DNA of 64,000 bases from Armatimonadota bacterium (GCA_038207085.1 JBBRAE010000004.1:96001-160000), one strand, 5' to 3'; positions 19,222 through 30,019 are shown, counted from the stretch's first letter. Program-made: numbers and translations. The notes: a model not told the origin generated them from the sequence alone.

Positions 19222-19370
19222 TTTGGGTGGAGCGCACGTTTCGAGAGCCTCAACGTGATTAGATTTAGGTTGATCTATACTTGAGAGATGGTGCCTCGCT
19301 CACCCTTCGACGGACGCTTCGTTGCTCAGGGTGGCGGTTACACATGTCAGGGTGGAGGTACAATCTCTCA
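19222..19370 (+). repeat. ~150-bp dispersed element (family E; TTCGAGAGCCTCA-type REP), copy 1
   Basis: Reverse homologue at 40021-40174. Confidence 0.8.
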
Positions 19371-19477
19371 CACCTCCACCCAAGCCTCCAGTCCCAATCT
19401 AGCGGCTCTTCTTCGCGTTTGACGCTCGTTTGCTGGGATGATATACTTACGTTGCGCTACATCGAAGGTGATGGAGT

Positions 19478-20782
19478 GTGGCAAATCGTGTTGCGGGAAT
19501 GGAGAGTCGTATGGCGTCATTGTGCGTGCTGGGATTAGGTTACATAGGGTTACCGGTGGCGGCACTGGCTGCTTCGTCCGGCATGGATGTCGTAGGTGTT
19601 GACATCGACCCAGGCATTGTTGACACTCTGTCCCAGGGGCTGATGCACATATCTGAGCCGGATTTGGGAACTCTGGTAGCTAGAGTAGTCTCAGAGCGGA
19701 CGCTGCGGGTGCAGACAACTCATACTCAGTCGGATGTGTTCCTGATCGCTGTGCCGACTCCCGTAAACCATGACAAGACCGCAGACCTGAGCTTCGTCGA
19801 ATCCGCCGTCAGATCGATTGTCCCCTATCTCCAAAAGGGGAACCTCGTGGTCGTTGAGTCGACTATCCCGCCGGGCACTACTGATGGCCTGATCTGCTCC
19901 ATATTGCAGGAATGCGGCCTTCGGGTAGGGATTGATGTTTTTCTCGCATATTGTCCTGAACGGGTGTTGCCGGGCAGGATCCTTGCTGAGTTGGTAGATA
20001 ACGACCGGGTCGTCGGGGGAGTCAACGAAGAATCTTCCGTCATGGCACGCGATTTTTATGTGCGCTTCGTGCGAGGTACCGTGCATATTGATACGGCGAT
20101 CACCGCTGAGATGGTGAAACTGGTTGAAAATGCCTACAGGGACGCGAATATCGCATTCGCAAACGAGCCTTCGCTACTTTGCGACCGACTGGTCACAAAC
20201 GTGTGGAACGTGATTGACATTGCCAACCGCCATCCCCGCGTCAATATACTGAGTCCCGGACCGGGCGTTGGAGGGCACTGCATCGCCGTTGATCCCTGGT
20301 TCCTCGTGGAAAAGGCTCCTGGTATAACTCCGCTGATCAGGACCGCCCGCCAGGTGAACGACAGCATGCCGGAGCATGTGGTGCGGCGGGTCGAAGCTGT
20401 CGTGCCCAGCGGCGCGAAAGTGGCCTGCCTCGGGGTTTCATACAAGGCTAACGTGGGCGACACTCGGGAGAGCCCTGCTATTGAGGTTGTGGAACTCCTG
20501 ACCAAACGCGGTTACTCTGTATTGGCGGTGGACCCGCACGTGGCGGAGCATCGAGGTGTGAGTTTTGCCTCTCTTGAGGAAGCTTTGAACTGGGCCGAGT
20601 GCGTTGTCCTTCTTGTTGATCACCACGAGTTCAGGCTGGTCGATGCCGCTGCACTGGCTGCCAGGATTGGGGCGTCTCGGATCATCGATACCCGGGGCGT
20701 TTGGCTCCGCAGGCATCGTAGTGTCAGCGATTTGCCTTGGGAATCCGGCAGCGTGGCTTCCAAGGTCATCGTATCAGGTTAA
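19478..20782 (+). CDS. wecC: UDP-N-acetyl-D-mannosamine dehydrogenase
   Basis: GLGYIGLP; IAVPTP; ESTIPPGTT; CPERVLPG; ANRHPRVNIL.PGPGVGGHCIAVDP. Start may be 19499 or 19511. Confidence 0.88.
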   Translation: MANRVAGMESRMASLCVLGLGYIGLPVAALAASSGMDVVGVDIDPGIVDTLSQGLMHISEPDLGTLVARVVSERTLRVQTTHTQSDVFLIAVPTPVNHDKTADLSFVESAVRSIVPYLQKGNLVVVESTIPPGTTDGLICSILQECGLRVGIDVFLAYCPERVLPGRILAELVDNDRVVGGVNEESSVMARDFYVRFVRGTVHIDTAITAEMVKLVENAYRDANIAFANEPSLLCDRLVTNVWNVIDIANRHPRVNILSPGPGVGGHCIAVDPWFLVEKAPGITPLIRTARQVNDSMPEHVVRRVEAVVPSGAKVACLGVSYKANVGDTRESPAIEVVELLTKRGYSVLAVDPHVAEHRGVSFASLEEALNWAECVVLLVDHHEFRLVDAAALAARIGASRIIDTRGVWLRRHRSVSDLPWESGSVASKVIVSG

Positions 20783-20861
20783 GCGTGAACCGCCGCTACA
20801 CTTCGGATTACCTCTTAGTCGATGCGGTCAGTGTGGTCGTTTCGCAGTTCGGAAATACTCA

Positions 20862-22319
20862 ATGAGTCTTAAGAAGCAAGCTGTTTTGGGAGCAAAGTGG
20901 ACCGGGTTGTCTATGGGGGTCATAGCTGCTCTCCAGTTTGGACAGGTTGCCGTGCTTGCTCGGTTCCTGTCACCCTCGGAATTTGGTTTGATGGGTATGC
21001 TGCAGGTTGTTGTAGGATTTGCCCAGTCGTTTGCGGATATGGGCATTACAAATGCGATTATCCATAGGCAGTGTGCTACTCGTGAGGAACTCTCAAGTCT
21101 GTATTGGCTGAACGTTTTCGCGGGGTTCGCGACATTCGCATTGGTCGTGTTGTCGATTCCGCTGATCATTGCCATCTTTCATGAGCCTCGATTAAAGACG
21201 CTCGTGATGTGGGTTGCCTTGTCGTTTGTCACTACTCCGTTCGGACAGCAGTTCCAGACACTTCTTCAAAAAGAACTACGGTTCCGTAGTCTAGCGATCA
21301 CGGAGACCACTGGTGTAGCCCTTGGCGTGGTAGTATCGATCATTGCGGCGTTTCATCATGCCGGGGTCTATGCCCTGATCTGGGGTGTGCTTACCAACAA
21401 CATCACCCAGTCGGCGATGCTTGTGGCAATAGGCTGGAGGGAATGGTCTCCGGCTCTGCATTTCCGCCGGGATGATTTACGCGGATATCTAAGCTTTGGC
21501 GCGTACCAAATGGGTGAGCGCAGCCTGAACTATTTCAACCAGCGGTTCGACCAACTGCTGGTCGGTTCGTTCCTGGGAACTGAAGCACTAGGCTACTACA
21601 GTTTGGCCTACAATATTGTGATCCAGCCCGTAATCAGGATAAATCCGATACTGACCAGAGTGGCGTTTCCCGTCTTTGCCAGGGTCCAGGATAACACGGA
21701 AAGACTGCAGAAGGGCTATACCAAACTTATATCCATGCTTTCGTTGATCAATTTCCCGCTCTTGATCGGGCTTGCCGCTATTGCGCCGTCGTTTGTGCCC
21801 GTCGCTTTTGGCGATCATTGGACGAAGAGCGTGGTTCTAATCCAGATTCTAGCCTTTGTTGGGCTCGTGAGGTGCCAAATGAACCCCATAGGCGCTGCGC
21901 TATATGCCAGGGGACGAGCTGATTTGGGCTTCAAGTGGACGCTTTTCCAGACATTACTTCTGATCCCCTGCCTGTATCTCGGTGCGAAGTATTTTGGCGT
22001 TATAGGGATGAGCTTGGTACTGCTTGGCGTTCAGTGTTTGTTCGTGGTGCTCTCCTACCTTTGGCTTTTGCGTCCTGTGATCGGACCGTTTGCGGCGCGT
22101 TATTTTGGAGCATCCGCGCCGGCGCTTGGGGCGGGCGCGATTGCTGGAGTTCTTGTTTCCGGGGTTGTGCGGTTTGTGACAGGCGCGGGCGGTGGAGCTT
22201 TCTCGTCGCTTGTTGCTGGCATTGTTGTTGGCGTCGTATCATATATGTGCATTTGTCTGCTTTGCTTCAGGGAGCAGATACGTGAAATGTGGGAGATCGC
22301 CCGCGGAAGGATTGTGTGA
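20862..22319 (+). CDS. wzx: Wzx flippase (WzxC-like)
   Basis: MSLKKQ...GAKWT; LARFL.P.EFGL; LG.YSLAY; RINPILTRVAFPVFA; many TM segments. Confidence 0.9.
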   Translation: MSLKKQAVLGAKWTGLSMGVIAALQFGQVAVLARFLSPSEFGLMGMLQVVVGFAQSFADMGITNAIIHRQCATREELSSLYWLNVFAGFATFALVVLSIPLIIAIFHEPRLKTLVMWVALSFVTTPFGQQFQTLLQKELRFRSLAITETTGVALGVVVSIIAAFHHAGVYALIWGVLTNNITQSAMLVAIGWREWSPALHFRRDDLRGYLSFGAYQMGERSLNYFNQRFDQLLVGSFLGTEALGYYSLAYNIVIQPVIRINPILTRVAFPVFARVQDNTERLQKGYTKLISMLSLINFPLLIGLAAIAPSFVPVAFGDHWTKSVVLIQILAFVGLVRCQMNPIGAALYARGRADLGFKWTLFQTLLLIPCLYLGAKYFGVIGMSLVLLGVQCLFVVLSYLWLLRPVIGPFAARYFGASAPALGAGAIAGVLVSGVVRFVTGAGGGAFSSLVAGIVVGVVSYMCICLLCFREQIREMWEIARGRIV

Positions 22320-22368
22320 TTCCCTGCGATGAAATACACGATCGACGGCGCTATCCGCGCCGTCTCTT

Positions 22369-22527
22369 AAAGGTCTATCGCGGCGCGAGCGCCGCTGCCG
22401 ACCCCGGTGGCGCAGGCGCCACTGCGACAGCAGCCAAAGGCTGCGAAAGGTCTATCGCGGCGCGAGCGCCGCTGCCGACCCCGGTGGCGCAGGCGCCACT
22501 GTGACAGCAGCCAAAGGCTGCGAAAGG
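22369..22527 (+). repeat. Tandem 2 x 77-bp repeat, three GC hairpins per unit
   Basis: Units start at 22369 and 22446 and differ at one base; hairpins GCGGCG/CGCCGC, GTGGCG/CGCCAC, GCAGCC/GGCTGC. Confidence 0.9.
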
Positions 22528-22559
22528 GCTGGCGCTATGCGCCACCGGAGGTTGTTCTG

Positions 22560-22787
22560 TTGCTCAAAGTAGTGTTTGCGGAAACTGTGGACTGGGATGC
22601 CAAGGTTCGGATCGGCAGTCATCATTATGCCAAGTGTTTTCTGGATGCGGAGCACGAGGTGTTGTGGGTTTCTCAGTGCATGCATCCTTTGAGTTTGGCA
22701 ACCGGTGATTTGTCTCGAAGTGGCGCGACGGAAACCAAAATGGCACAAAGTGTTGTTTCGGAGGGGGTGAGCCAGCTCAGTGACTAA
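22560..22787 (+). pseudogene. Truncated glycosyltransferase N-terminus (GumK/TuaH-like)
   Basis: LKVVFAETVDWD....IGSHHYAK.F....HEVLWVS...HPL, then loss of similarity. Confidence 0.5.
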
Positions 22788-24132
22788 CGTAGTTGACTCA
22801 GTTGCCTGCCATGGATTGTGCAGTGGTTGCGGGGTGTGTTCAGGTGTTTGTCCGCGCCAGTCACTTGAGATGATCATCCGCAAAAACGGCGACCCCAGTC
22901 CTCAGTTGTGTGGGCCGTGCGCGGACAAGTGCAGTGTATGCCTATCTGTATGTCCGTTTGCCAAGGAAGTCTATGATCCCAGGCCGACCAATGAAATGCT
23001 TTTTGGAAATGAAACCATACCTGAAGCCGTGTTCCAAGACAACCTGGGTTGGCATCTAGGGTCAGTGCTTGGATACTCTGCCGCTGGTGAACACAGATCA
23101 TCCGCGGCTTCAGGCGGTCTTTTAACCTGGTGTCTGGAGAATCTCCTGAGTCAGGGAATGGTGGACAGGGTCTCCATCGTGCGTTTTCATAGGACGGAAA
23201 ACTCTTTTTTTGAGTTCCAAGAGGCATCTTCCCCTGAAGATATACGTAGCGCCGCCGGAAGCGTCTATCAACCTGTTGAGATATCCTCGCTCATCAGGAG
23301 GATGCTCGCGGAGCCGAATCTTCGATGGGCAGTAGTGGGGGTGCCGTGCTTGTGCAGCGCAATCAGAGCATTACCTCAACTCCGAAACAGCGTGCGTTAT
23401 CTGTTCGGGTTGGCGTGCGGTATGTATCAGAACGTGATGTATACTGAGATGCTTCTCTCAAAGGCGGGGGTTGCTGCAAATGAGGTCGCAGGCATCGGCT
23501 TTCGTGACAAGTCCACAGGTGGCAGGGCAAATAATTACGGATTTGCAGCTTGGGATGAAGCAGGATGTCGGAGTGTGCCGGTTCGGTATCAGGGACTTCC
23601 TTTCTTTCTAGGCAGCAATGGATACTTCAGGCTGGATGCGTGTAACTACTGCAAAGACGTGTTCGCCGAAAGCGCTGACGCCTGCTTTATGGACGCTTGG
23701 CTCCCGGAATGTGTTGCCGATTCAAGGGGAACATCACTTGTCGTTATCAGGAACAAGGAGGTACACAATCTTTTTGCCGCAGGCGTGGCATCCGAAGAGT
23801 TATGTCTGACAGGGGCTGGTGCTAACGATGTGGTGAACAGCCAGGCTAGCCAGGTGCGTCGTAAACAGGAGTTGATATATATGCGCTGCGCCGGAAGCAA
23901 CCCCAGCAAGTGTCGGGAGTATAAAGTAACACTGCTGGAAAGGTGGCAATGGTGGCTGCAACGGCGTACACTCAGGAGAAGCAAGGCGTCCTGGGCCAGA
24001 TTTGGCCGCAAATCGGGTCGGGGCGCATTCTGGATTGCAGTTTTGGATCTGCTGGCGCTGCAGAAAGCCACAGGGCTGCTAATGCGGGCAGTTTCTGCCG
24101 CCAAGTCGCGCTTGGGGGGAGTAGGCAGATGA
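22780..24132 (+). CDS. Coenzyme F420 hydrogenase/dehydrogenase beta-subunit family Fe-S protein
   Basis: CSGCGVCSGVCP; C...C..C...CP; R...ASGG; GSVYQPV; VGVPC; GL.C; CNYC.D; DAW. Confidence 0.88.
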   Translation: MTNVVDSVACHGLCSGCGVCSGVCPRQSLEMIIRKNGDPSPQLCGPCADKCSVCLSVCPFAKEVYDPRPTNEMLFGNETIPEAVFQDNLGWHLGSVLGYSAAGEHRSSAASGGLLTWCLENLLSQGMVDRVSIVRFHRTENSFFEFQEASSPEDIRSAAGSVYQPVEISSLIRRMLAEPNLRWAVVGVPCLCSAIRALPQLRNSVRYLFGLACGMYQNVMYTEMLLSKAGVAANEVAGIGFRDKSTGGRANNYGFAAWDEAGCRSVPVRYQGLPFFLGSNGYFRLDACNYCKDVFAESADACFMDAWLPECVADSRGTSLVVIRNKEVHNLFAAGVASEELCLTGAGANDVVNSQASQVRRKQELIYMRCAGSNPSKCREYKVTLLERWQWWLQRRTLRRSKASWARFGRKSGRGAFWIAVLDLLALQKATGLLMRAVSAAKSRLGGVGR

Positions 24133-25388
24133 TCGCTGATGTGGCTTGTAAGACCTGCGACAGTAACAGACCGTCATTCGTTCTTTATGGCATCTACGGG
24201 GTCTATAACTATGGCTGTGAAGCTATGGTTAGGGGCACTGAGTCCATATTGAGGCAAGTGTGGCCGGATGCTGAGATTCGGTATGCCTCGATGAGTCCTG
24301 AGGACGACCGGAGGCGACTACACGACACGCAGGTCAAGGTCATTGCGAGCCGCCCCTACAGAAAGTTCTCTTTGCGCAATGTGCTTCGCAAGGCAAGCGA
24401 AACTCTGCCGTGGGACGCATTGCTAAGAGCATCGGGGTTTAGATTTGTTGATGGGGCCGATATCGCGATGTCAATTGGTGGCGATCTATATACGCTTCTT
24501 CCAGATGGATCATATAACAAGAATATCCTGCGGTTTGGAGATTATGCCGTGCGCCGGGGCAAGCCTGTTGTCCTTTGGGGAGCCTCCGTAGGACCTTTTG
24601 ATCAAGATTCCAAGATAGAGCGGCTTTTTGCCGAGCACCTGAAGCTAATGAGCCTGATTACCTCTCGGGAGCCGGCATCGACAGCGTATTTGAGTTCTAT
24701 CGGTGTCGAGGACAACGTTGTAGAATGTGCAGACCCGGCTTTCGTTGTACGATCAGATGTCACGTGGGTACCCCGTGGGGATGGAAAGCTCAGGATAGGT
24801 ATGAACTTCAGTCCGCTTGCCACCCGTTCTGCCGGTGAGCAGGCTAATACAGAGGTGATTGCGGGGCGATTTGCCGACACGATTTCTGCTATCATTAGGG
24901 AACTGGACGCGGAAGTGGTGCTTTTGCCTCACGTTGTCAACAGTCTTGACGAATCCGATGATGACCTTCGATTCCTGAAATCAGTTGCCAGACTGGTGCG
25001 GCCTGAAGTCTCTGGAAGGCTATCAGTAGTGGATGATGATCCGGGGTTTCTGGGTGTTAAGAAGGTCATTACCCAGTGTGATCTTGTAGTAGCTGCCCGT
25101 ATGCACTGTGCCGTAAATGCTATGGCGGCAGGCGTTCCCACAATTTTGGTTTCCTACAGCCAGAAATCGGTAGGGATGGCACAGTACGTTTATGGACATA
25201 CGCGCTGGGTGGTTCCGGTTCAAGATGTTTGTGCCAACACTCTGCTGCCAAAGATAACGGACATGCTCTCGCAGCGGGAGGATTTGGCCCGCCATTTCGC
25301 CTGCCGACTTCCGGAAATACAGGCAGATGCCAGGCGGCCGGTAGAAGCCCTGGCTCGTCTCTTGCCTCTGTTGTGCTGCGGAAATTGA
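24129..25388 (+). CDS. Polysaccharide pyruvyl transferase family (WcaK-like)
   Basis: YNYGCEAMVRGT; SIGGD; WGASVGPF; RE..S; ADPAF; ARMH..V.A...GVPT...YS.K; ATGA overlap. Confidence 0.9.
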   Translation: MIADVACKTCDSNRPSFVLYGIYGVYNYGCEAMVRGTESILRQVWPDAEIRYASMSPEDDRRRLHDTQVKVIASRPYRKFSLRNVLRKASETLPWDALLRASGFRFVDGADIAMSIGGDLYTLLPDGSYNKNILRFGDYAVRRGKPVVLWGASVGPFDQDSKIERLFAEHLKLMSLITSREPASTAYLSSIGVEDNVVECADPAFVVRSDVTWVPRGDGKLRIGMNFSPLATRSAGEQANTEVIAGRFADTISAIIRELDAEVVLLPHVVNSLDESDDDLRFLKSVARLVRPEVSGRLSVVDDDPGFLGVKKVITQCDLVVAARMHCAVNAMAAGVPTILVSYSQKSVGMAQYVYGHTRWVVPVQDVCANTLLPKITDMLSQREDLARHFACRLPEIQADARRPVEALARLLPLLCCGN

Positions 25389-25392
25389 TTTT

Positions 25393-26496
25393 GTGAATGA
25401 CTATATAATGCAGAGAATAAATATACTGTACATCATGCACGTGGACTGGGATTGGATCAAGCAGCGGCCGCACTTCCTCGCCGAGCAGCTTTCGGCGCGG
25501 TTTTCGGTCACGGTGGTCTACCCGTTCTCACGTGGCCGCTCACGCCTGACGCGAACCCCACGGGCGGGGCTTCGCATGCGCCCCGTGGTTGGCATCCCGT
25601 TCAAATACGTCTTTCCCGCGCTTTATCGCCTGAACAGGCTCTATCAGCGGGCATACATCGGGTTGCTGATTCGACTGATTCGGCCTGACGTGATCTGGCT
25701 CACTCACCCGTTTTGCGCGGACCTGGTCCCCTCCAAGCTCGCTTGCCACTTGGTCTACGACTGTATGGACGACGCACAGGCGCTAACCGTGGGGCGTCCT
25801 TTCGCAAAGAAGTGCGCACTGTCGCTCGAGCGCAGTCTGATTAAGCGCTCAGACCTCGTCTTTGTGTCGAGCGCGCACCTCGCCGATGTGCTTGACGAGC
25901 GTGAGCTGTGTCGGGAGAAGACCATCCTCCTGCGAAACGCCTATGACGGCAAGTTGCATCAGCCTGAGTCGCACGCGGGTGCTGGCGGCCGCCCCTATCG
26001 CATCGGCTACATCGGCACGATCGCCTCATGGATGGACTTTGACTCGATTCTCCACGCCCTCGAAAACGTTCCCGATATTGAGTTTGTGTTCTTTGGCCCC
26101 AAGGACGCTGATCTTGTCACGCCGCATCATGAGCGGCTGAAGTTTGCCGGTCCCGTCCCTCATTCGCAGCTTCATGAGGCCGTGCGCGACATCGACTGCC
26201 TTATCATGCCGTTTAAGGTAAACGACGTCGTACTTTCGGTCGACCCCGTGAAGCTCTACGAGTATATCAATTTTAACAAGCCGATAATCTCCGTGCTCTA
26301 CGACGAAGTAGTGCGTTTCTCACCGTTTGTGAGCTTCTACTCGGACCAAAGTGGACTTGCAAGCGCAATAAACGAGCTGAAAGCCTCGGGTTTTCGGCCC
26401 AAGTACGGCCCCGTCGAGCGCGAGCAATTCCTTCAGGAGAACACCTGGGACGTGCGCGGCAGGGTTGTTGCTGAGTCTCTGGAGCGGCTGATTTGA
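25393..26496 (+). CDS. Glycosyltransferase (GT4-like, TuaH type)
   Basis: DWDWIKQRPHFLA; VYDCMDD; GYIGTIASW.D; VDPVKLYEY. Confidence 0.88.
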   Translation: MNDYIMQRINILYIMHVDWDWIKQRPHFLAEQLSARFSVTVVYPFSRGRSRLTRTPRAGLRMRPVVGIPFKYVFPALYRLNRLYQRAYIGLLIRLIRPDVIWLTHPFCADLVPSKLACHLVYDCMDDAQALTVGRPFAKKCALSLERSLIKRSDLVFVSSAHLADVLDERELCREKTILLRNAYDGKLHQPESHAGAGGRPYRIGYIGTIASWMDFDSILHALENVPDIEFVFFGPKDADLVTPHHERLKFAGPVPHSQLHEAVRDIDCLIMPFKVNDVVLSVDPVKLYEYINFNKPIISVLYDEVVRFSPFVSFYSDQSGLASAINELKASGFRPKYGPVEREQFLQENTWDVRGRVVAESLERLI

Positions 26497-27533
26497 GCCG
26501 AGTTTGCGTAATAGTTCTTAACTGGAACGGCTGGCGCGACACCATCGAGTGCCTGGAAAGCCTCTTTAGAAGCGACTACACCGACTTTCGCGTGGTCGTC
26601 TGCGACAACGGCTCCGACGACGGCTCGGTCGAGCGTATCAGGGAATGGGCCGTGGGCCACTATTGCCTGGAAGCCGATGAGGAGAACCCCCTGAAGTCGC
26701 TTTCGAGCCCCCCTGTCACAAAGCCGATCCCCTGTGTTGTTTATGACCGAAGTCTGGCTGAGCAGGGTGGGGACCATTCATGGGAAGCGAAGCTCGTTGT
26801 TATCCGAAACGACGAGAACCTCGGCTACGCCGGAGGGAACAATGTGGGCCTCCGCTACGCGCTTTCCCGAGGAGACTTCGACTTCTTCTGGATACTTAAC
26901 AACGACACCGTGGTCTCCCCCGATGCGCTTTCCCGCCTTCTTGAGCGCACTGAGCACGACTCGGCTGTAGGCATCTGTGGCGCTACTCTGCTATACTATC
27001 ATCAGCCAGAGGTGGTGCAGGCCCGGGCGGGCGCAATCTACAACAAGTGGCTTGGCACAACTCGCCACATCGGGGCCTTCAAGAAGGCTTGTGAGCGAGT
27101 CGACCCGGCCAAGGTCGAACGGCGAATAAGCTATGTAGTCGGCGCGTGCATGTTTGTTTCCCGTGCGTTCCTGCAGGAAGTCGGCCTGCTCTCTGAAGAA
27201 TATTTTCTCTACTACGAAGAGATCGACTGGGTCGCCCGCGCGCGCGGACGCTTCCGGCTTGCCTGGTCGCCCGAGAGCCGAGTCTACCACAAGGAAGGCG
27301 GCGCAACTGGGGCAGGAAACCACTCTATTTGGAAGAAAAGCCTCTCGTCTGACAGGTATATGATCGAAAACCGGGTCAAGGTAACCCGAAAACACTGGCC
27401 TTACGCCCTGCCGACGGTCTATTGGGGACTTGTCTGGACCGCCGTCAACCGAATTCGCCGCAAGCAGTGGGACCGGCTCGGGATAGTCCTGAGTGCAATG
27501 CTGAGCGCTGGCCGCGTCCGGGACAAACATTAG
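26493..27533 (+). CDS. Glycosyltransferase family 2
   Basis: IVLNWNG..DT.ECLES; DNGS.DGS; NLGYAGGNN; LNNDT; FLYYEE.DW. Confidence 0.92.
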   Translation: MSRVCVIVLNWNGWRDTIECLESLFRSDYTDFRVVVCDNGSDDGSVERIREWAVGHYCLEADEENPLKSLSSPPVTKPIPCVVYDRSLAEQGGDHSWEAKLVVIRNDENLGYAGGNNVGLRYALSRGDFDFFWILNNDTVVSPDALSRLLERTEHDSAVGICGATLLYYHQPEVVQARAGAIYNKWLGTTRHIGAFKKACERVDPAKVERRISYVVGACMFVSRAFLQEVGLLSEEYFLYYEEIDWVARARGRFRLAWSPESRVYHKEGGATGAGNHSIWKKSLSSDRYMIENRVKVTRKHWPYALPTVYWGLVWTAVNRIRRKQWDRLGIVLSAMLSAGRVRDKH

Positions 27534-27553
27534 CCAAAGTTCACATAGAAGAT

Positions 27554-28864
27554 ATGGTTGAATTAAACACAGTTCTCCGAAAAGCGCGTATGCCGCTGAT
27601 ATACAGGCAGATATTCTGGATATTTGTCGTGTACTCGGTGCTCGGCAATCTTCCAAGATTTGGCAGCATTTCTATGTTCGGGGGACTGCCTATAACTGAG
27701 GTGCTCTTGTACGCCTCGGCTGTTGCGGTGCTCTTTATATGCCGCGTGCCGATACCTAGATATCTCTTGGCCATTTGTGCGCTTTTTATCGCATCGTGGG
27801 TTATGGGCAGCATCCTAAACAACGATGTTGGAATTATGGTGCACATTAGCGCCCTGATGTATGCGCTTAGAATATTGTGCATGGTCATCTGCGGCGCGTG
27901 CATTGGATGGCTGTTTTGGAAGTGGTCGGATGGAGACGGCATCGGCAGGCTCTATACCCGCATAGCTGTTGTTCAGGTTGCGATTGCCGTTGTCATATAC
28001 ATCGCCTTCCCCTCGTCTGAGGTGTTGTGGCTTGCTCTTGCGCGCTACGGCATCACATTCAAGGGAGACCCGCACATACGACGGCTTATCGGTCCTCACC
28101 TGGACCCTAATCTCTTTGGCAACATTCTGCTTTTGCCAATTTCCATTCTTATTGCAGCAGCACTTACGGGCAAGGGCAAGAAGTGCTACTTGTCGCTCGC
28201 GATCCTGCTTATTGCCGAGGTTCTGACATACTCCAGGACCAGTCTTCTTGGTATTGCGATGGTAGGCTGCTTCATTCCCACGTATCTGATAGCCCGCAGG
28301 TGGGGCAAAATCGATGTGATTCAGGCCCGCCTTGCAGTTCTTGCGATGGCTCTGGTTGTGCTCTTTGGGATTAGTGCTATCGCTGTTCCGGATGTAGTTG
28401 AGCGGCTTATAGGCAGGGTTACTTCCACTCCGACAGATGCATCTGCTTTACACCGTCTCAACAGCCTGGATTCAGGCGTCGCCTTCCTCGATCTTGGGAC
28501 AAACTGCTGGACGGGAGTAGGCTACAACTATATTTTTTACCATACCGAAAAAGAGCAAATACACGTTGCAGGAGCCTTTGACCAGTCAATAATGAACTTG
28601 TTCATCAGCATGGGGCTGCCACTTTCCGTTGTGGTGATCCTGCTTGTGATTATCTGGACGTCGCGCTCACTCGGCGGCTTGGTCGAGCGTGAGCCTTACT
28701 TATATGCCGCAGTCGCCAGTTATCTTCTCGCGAGTTTTGTGCTGAGTTTCTTCAACAATCTGCTGTTTTATGCTCCGTTTGTCGTGTCACTGCTTCCAGT
28801 TATGTGCTACGGCTACTACAGCGCAGGCGAAGCTCGTGCTGTGGTAGAGGAGGCTGAAGAGTGA
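27554..28864 (+). CDS. Wzy polymerase / O-antigen ligase family membrane protein
   Basis: Many TM segments; RLIG...DPN.FG; LTYSR; GVGYN periplasmic loop. Start uncertain (27554 or 27590). Confidence 0.8.
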   Translation: MVELNTVLRKARMPLIYRQIFWIFVVYSVLGNLPRFGSISMFGGLPITEVLLYASAVAVLFICRVPIPRYLLAICALFIASWVMGSILNNDVGIMVHISALMYALRILCMVICGACIGWLFWKWSDGDGIGRLYTRIAVVQVAIAVVIYIAFPSSEVLWLALARYGITFKGDPHIRRLIGPHLDPNLFGNILLLPISILIAAALTGKGKKCYLSLAILLIAEVLTYSRTSLLGIAMVGCFIPTYLIARRWGKIDVIQARLAVLAMALVVLFGISAIAVPDVVERLIGRVTSTPTDASALHRLNSLDSGVAFLDLGTNCWTGVGYNYIFYHTEKEQIHVAGAFDQSIMNLFISMGLPLSVVVILLVIIWTSRSLGGLVEREPYLYAAVASYLLASFVLSFFNNLLFYAPFVVSLLPVMCYGYYSAGEARAVVEEAEE

Positions 28865-29949
28865 AAGTTGCAATGGACACCCGAATGCTCTGTGCGCGCC
28901 CGACCGGCATCGGCAGGGTCGCCGAAAGCCTCGCGCGGGCGCTTGTAGAGATCGGTGAGTGGCAAGTATCAGTGTTCGGCGGTAACCCGCAGATTCCCTG
29001 CGTCACCTGCGAGCCCGTTCCGTTCGGCCACTTTTCCCTGAAGACCCACACCGTGCTTCCGGGGATCATCGCCCGAACCGGCGCAGACATCGCCCACTTC
29101 CAGTTCTATTCGGCCCCTTGGAGCGCGAAAACGCCCTTTGTAGTGACGATTCACGACACGATCTACTCGCACTTTCCCAATATCCTGCCGCCCATCGAGC
29201 GCGTTGCTTACCGTGCCCTGATGGCGCGGGTGATGAATCGTGCGAGCGCGGTGATCTGCCCCTCGGCCTGCACCCTCGCCGACATCCGCCGCTTCTTTCC
29301 CAGTATAGACGCAAGTAAGCTCAGAGTCGTCTACAACGGCGTCGATGGGCGTTTCATGCCGCTGGCCTCGGGTCTGGATCACGACCGCGCAAGGGCCGAG
29401 CTAGGCCTGCCGAAGCGCTACGTCCTGTATGTCGGGAACCACCGTCCGCACAAAAACGTTCCGGCGCTTGTCACAGCTTTTGCCCGTGTCGCCCGTGAGA
29501 CGCCTCACACTCTTGTCATGAGCACGCCTTCGGGCAAAGGCTCCGAGGCGACTCTTTCCGCGATCGAGCAGTCCGGTATCGGTGACCGCATCGCTTTCCA
29601 CGATATACCCGACCAGTCACTTCCGCTGATCTACGCGCTCGCGGACGCGTTCGTCTTTCCCTCGCTCTACGAGGGCTTCGGTCTTCCGCCGCTTGAGGCG
29701 ATGGCCTGTGGCGCGCCGACGATAGTGTCGGCTACGTCGTCGCTCCCCGAGGTTGTCGGCGACGGAGCGCTTCTGTTTGACCCCGATGACCACGACGCCC
29801 TCGCAGCAAAGCTCATCTCCGTGCTAACCGACTCCGAGTTTGCCCTATCGCTTCATGAACGTGGGGTAGGCCGGGCAGCTGAGTTTGACTGGAAGCACTC
29901 GGCTATGCAGACATCGGCAATCTACAATGAGGCGCTTGGGAAGGAATAG
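28861..29949 (+). CDS. Glycosyltransferase family 4 (MtfB-like)
   Basis: [38 protein letters not shown]. Confidence 0.92.
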   Translation: MKVAMDTRMLCARPTGIGRVAESLARALVEIGEWQVSVFGGNPQIPCVTCEPVPFGHFSLKTHTVLPGIIARTGADIAHFQFYSAPWSAKTPFVVTIHDTIYSHFPNILPPIERVAYRALMARVMNRASAVICPSACTLADIRRFFPSIDASKLRVVYNGVDGRFMPLASGLDHDRARAELGLPKRYVLYVGNHRPHKNVPALVTAFARVARETPHTLVMSTPSGKGSEATLSAIEQSGIGDRIAFHDIPDQSLPLIYALADAFVFPSLYEGFGLPPLEAMACGAPTIVSATSSLPEVVGDGALLFDPDDHDALAAKLISVLTDSEFALSLHERGVGRAAEFDWKHSAMQTSAIYNEALGKE

Positions 29950-30019
29950 TGAGGCGGCCTGGCTAAGTAGCTCTAGGTGGCCTGCCTGCCGCCTTACAAC
30001 TGACACGGAGGTTATGGAG

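Noticed and set aside
20604..20861. N-terminal extensions given by the ORF track (wzx; also 23943, 27422, 29885, 14995, 48141, 63096)
   Set aside because: They overlap upstream genes or intergenic DNA; downstream starts fit RBS, coupling or family N-termini better.
22369..22527. CRISPR array or coding repeat
   Set aside because: Two contiguous units with no spacer; overlapping ORFs are low-complexity translations of hairpins.
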